Below are positions 61,936 through 64,000 of a stretch of 64,000 nucleotides of DNA, piece after piece. Source of the DNA: Schmidtea polychroa (Eukaryota). Position 1 is the first letter of the stretch. The number at the start of each line of letters is the position of its first letter. Below the pieces are notes generated by a model, which worked only from the letters and a program-made list of their open reading frames with translations, did not search any database and was not told where the DNA came from. The position numbers were made by a program, and so were the translations under genes. The stretch spans positions 30,010,001 through 30,074,000 of the forward strand of contig CM097885.1 of assembly GCA_044892525.1 (NCBI GenBank). The letters are read 5' to 3'.

Positions 61936-62796
61936 ATGGTATATGAAGAAAGATTAGCACTTTTAAAAAAATTACAATCAGAACAAGATAAATATAATAA
62001 AAAAGATACAACTCAACATGCTGAATCTATAATATTAAATGAGGTAATAACACAACAACAGGGGCCAACAATTAAAGCTATAAAAGAGTTGGAAGATTTC
62101 AATGAACAAGCAAAATTTAAAGAGTTAGAAGATAAAAAACAAAAAATAAAAGAACTAGAGTGGCAGGATAAAGAAAAAGAATCCAGTGAAAACCATCCTG
62201 AAAGAAATCAAAGAAAACGCAGAAGAATTTCTAATGTGGAAGAAGAAGAAATGTTTTTAAAAACAAAACCTCTTAAAGTTGATCCTAAAATTAGAGATGA
62301 TTTACCTCCTTCAATTAGACCCACATTTAATACTAATACTGAAGGATATCAAATAATAACAATTAATAAACAAAACTTTACTTTATATTCAAATTCAGAA
62401 AATAAATCACGTATTCATTCACAAAATGTTTATAATAATGAATATTTAGACTTTGAATTTACAGATGATTTTTATAGATTACTTTGTGGATATTCTTCAG
62501 ATGATGTTGAAGAAATTAAAAAATATTTAAATTTAATAAGATTAATAAGAGCTAGTTCTAAAGCAAAATATATTCAAGATTTAAAGAATTATTTAAATAA
62601 AAATGAAAAGGGTTATGTTGTTACAGAGAGAGAGGGATTGGATCCCATCAATCTTTTTATTGAATTAAGAAAACTATTAGCTGCAAGGAAAGCAGGACAT
62701 AATAATTTAGATTCTGATATTTTAAAGATTTCTAAAGATTTGTTAAAACAAGGAATAATTTCAAAAGATAAATTTAATAAGTATACGAAGTTATAA
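61936..62796 (+). CDS. Conserved Polinton protein of unknown function, copy 2
   Basis: 286 aa; DPINLFIELRKLLAARKAGHNN...LLKQGII; NLS-like RKRRR. Confidence 0.7.
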   Translation: MVYEERLALLKKLQSEQDKYNKKDTTQHAESIILNEVITQQQGPTIKAIKELEDFNEQAKFKELEDKKQKIKELEWQDKEKESSENHPERNQRKRRRISNVEEEEMFLKTKPLKVDPKIRDDLPPSIRPTFNTNTEGYQIITINKQNFTLYSNSENKSRIHSQNVYNNEYLDFEFTDDFYRLLCGYSSDDVEEIKKYLNLIRLIRASSKAKYIQDLKNYLNKNEKGYVVTEREGLDPINLFIELRKLLAARKAGHNNLDSDILKISKDLLKQGIISKDKFNKYTKL

Positions 62797-62818
62797 ATAC
62801 GAAGTTTTAAAATACAAA

Positions 62819-63283
62819 ATGACTCCTTCAATATTAGATTTTTTAAAAACATTTGGAATAAATACAAAAACAAATTTCAATTTAAAAGATTATGCAAATT
62901 ATTTAAATTTAAAAATTAAAATATTAATGAATGATGAATTATCAAGTCTGGAGAGTCCCCTGAATATAATAATCAATTATCAAAATTCAAATGAAAAAGG
63001 ATCTCATTGGGTTTGTATATATAAGAAATCTATCTACTTTGATTCTTTTGGGATTAAACCTACTAAAGAAGTTGAAGATTATCTCTTGAGGGGTTCTCCG
63101 ATTGATTCCCCAAATGGTTATACTTTTAACTCTTTACAAGTTCAACCTTTGAATACTAAAATATGTGGTATTTTAAGTTTATATGTTTTGTATAGATTGA
63201 ATAAGGGAGAGGGAAAGGGGCATACGCAGGATTTTGAATCTATAATTCAAGAAATTTATAATGATCTAGAATCTCTACTATAA
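62819..63283 (+). CDS. Adenain-like (C5) cysteine protease, intact
   Basis: Catalytic H (GSHWVC), D (YFDSFG), oxyanion Q (QVQ), C (KICG). Confidence 0.9.
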   Translation: MTPSILDFLKTFGINTKTNFNLKDYANYLNLKIKILMNDELSSLESPLNIIINYQNSNEKGSHWVCIYKKSIYFDSFGIKPTKEVEDYLLRGSPIDSPNGYTFNSLQVQPLNTKICGILSLYVLYRLNKGEGKGHTQDFESIIQEIYNDLESLL

Positions 63284-63331
63284 GGATTTTTACTATAAGG
63301 ATTTTTACTATATGAATTTACTACTAAAGAA

Positions 63332-64000
63332 ATGGAGCTTCACAACCCTCCGGAAGATAATTTAAAAAAAATGGTAAACATAATGTCAGATAAATATTCA
63401 AGAACTTTATCTATAAATTCAAAAGAATCAGACTTTACTATAAACTTTCAAGATTCAATTAAATTAGATCAAAATTTAAATTATGAATTGGGGCTATTAT
63501 GGTTTTGTGCTTATAATACTATTTTTAATATAACTAAAGATAATAATAAATTTACTATTCAAACTCGTGATGGACATAAACCAGAAATTATAACAATAGA
63601 ACCTGGGGCATATGAGATAAAAGATTTAAATGATATACTTTCTAAAAAAACAAATGAAGGTATTAAAATTAAAATGGATATACCAACTTCAAAATGTGTA
63701 ATGACTTTGAAGAATATAAAAATTAGTTTTTAGATAATTGTTTCTTTCACACAGTTTTAGGATTTAAACCTATGGATATAACAATAAAAGAAGATAAAAT
63801 AATAACATCAGAAAATATTATAAAAATAATAAATACAAACACAATAAATATTCATTGTGATTGTATAACAGGTTCTTATAATAATGGTAAACAAACAAAT
63901 GTTTTATATTCCTTTCCCTCAAACACAGTTCCAATGGGATATAAAATAGTTGAAAGAATGAATCCTCCAAATTATTTACCTTTATGTAGAAAATATATAA
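63332..64000 (+). pseudogene. Minor capsid (penton) protein, copy 2, frameshift near 63730, runs off the window
   Basis: Homologous to 38002-38738; INIHCDCITGSYNNG...GYKIVERMNPPNYLP in the shifted frame. Confidence 0.85.

Noticed and set aside
32117..64000. Protein-primed DNA polymerase B of the Polintons
   Set aside because: No exonuclease or polymerase motifs found anywhere in the window

Overview
Very AT-rich eukaryotic (invertebrate, planarian-like by inference) DNA made almost entirely of nested mobile elements around one spliced host gene (ZNF106-like WD40 gene, ~21.1-28.1 kb). Left third: an old minus-strand Polinton/Maverick (ATPase, chromodomain-integrase, minor and major capsid). 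It is interrupted or bordered by hAT, NeSL/R2-like, Penelope (with a candidate minimal hammerhead ribozyme) and LTR-gag fragments. A second fragment of this lineage at ~30.5-31.1 kb sits next to a TBP-like gene. Right half: two younger copies of a different Polinton/adintovirus-like element. Each carries MCP, a Zn-finger-PLA2-integrase fusion, packaging ATPase, pX-like protein, adenain protease and penton; a fibre-like gene start is visible in copy 1 only. The two copies are separated by a 15.85-kb gene-free giant foldback (42336-58185). It has ~7.3/7.6-kb inverted arms, AGTAG...CTACT Polinton-like termini, a subterminal C-run/G-run hairpin, modular satellites, a nested TA-flanked element mirrored in both arms, and a MITE-like unit at the axis. 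No pPolB gene is visible in the window. All calls are by-eye motif recognition; no searches were run.
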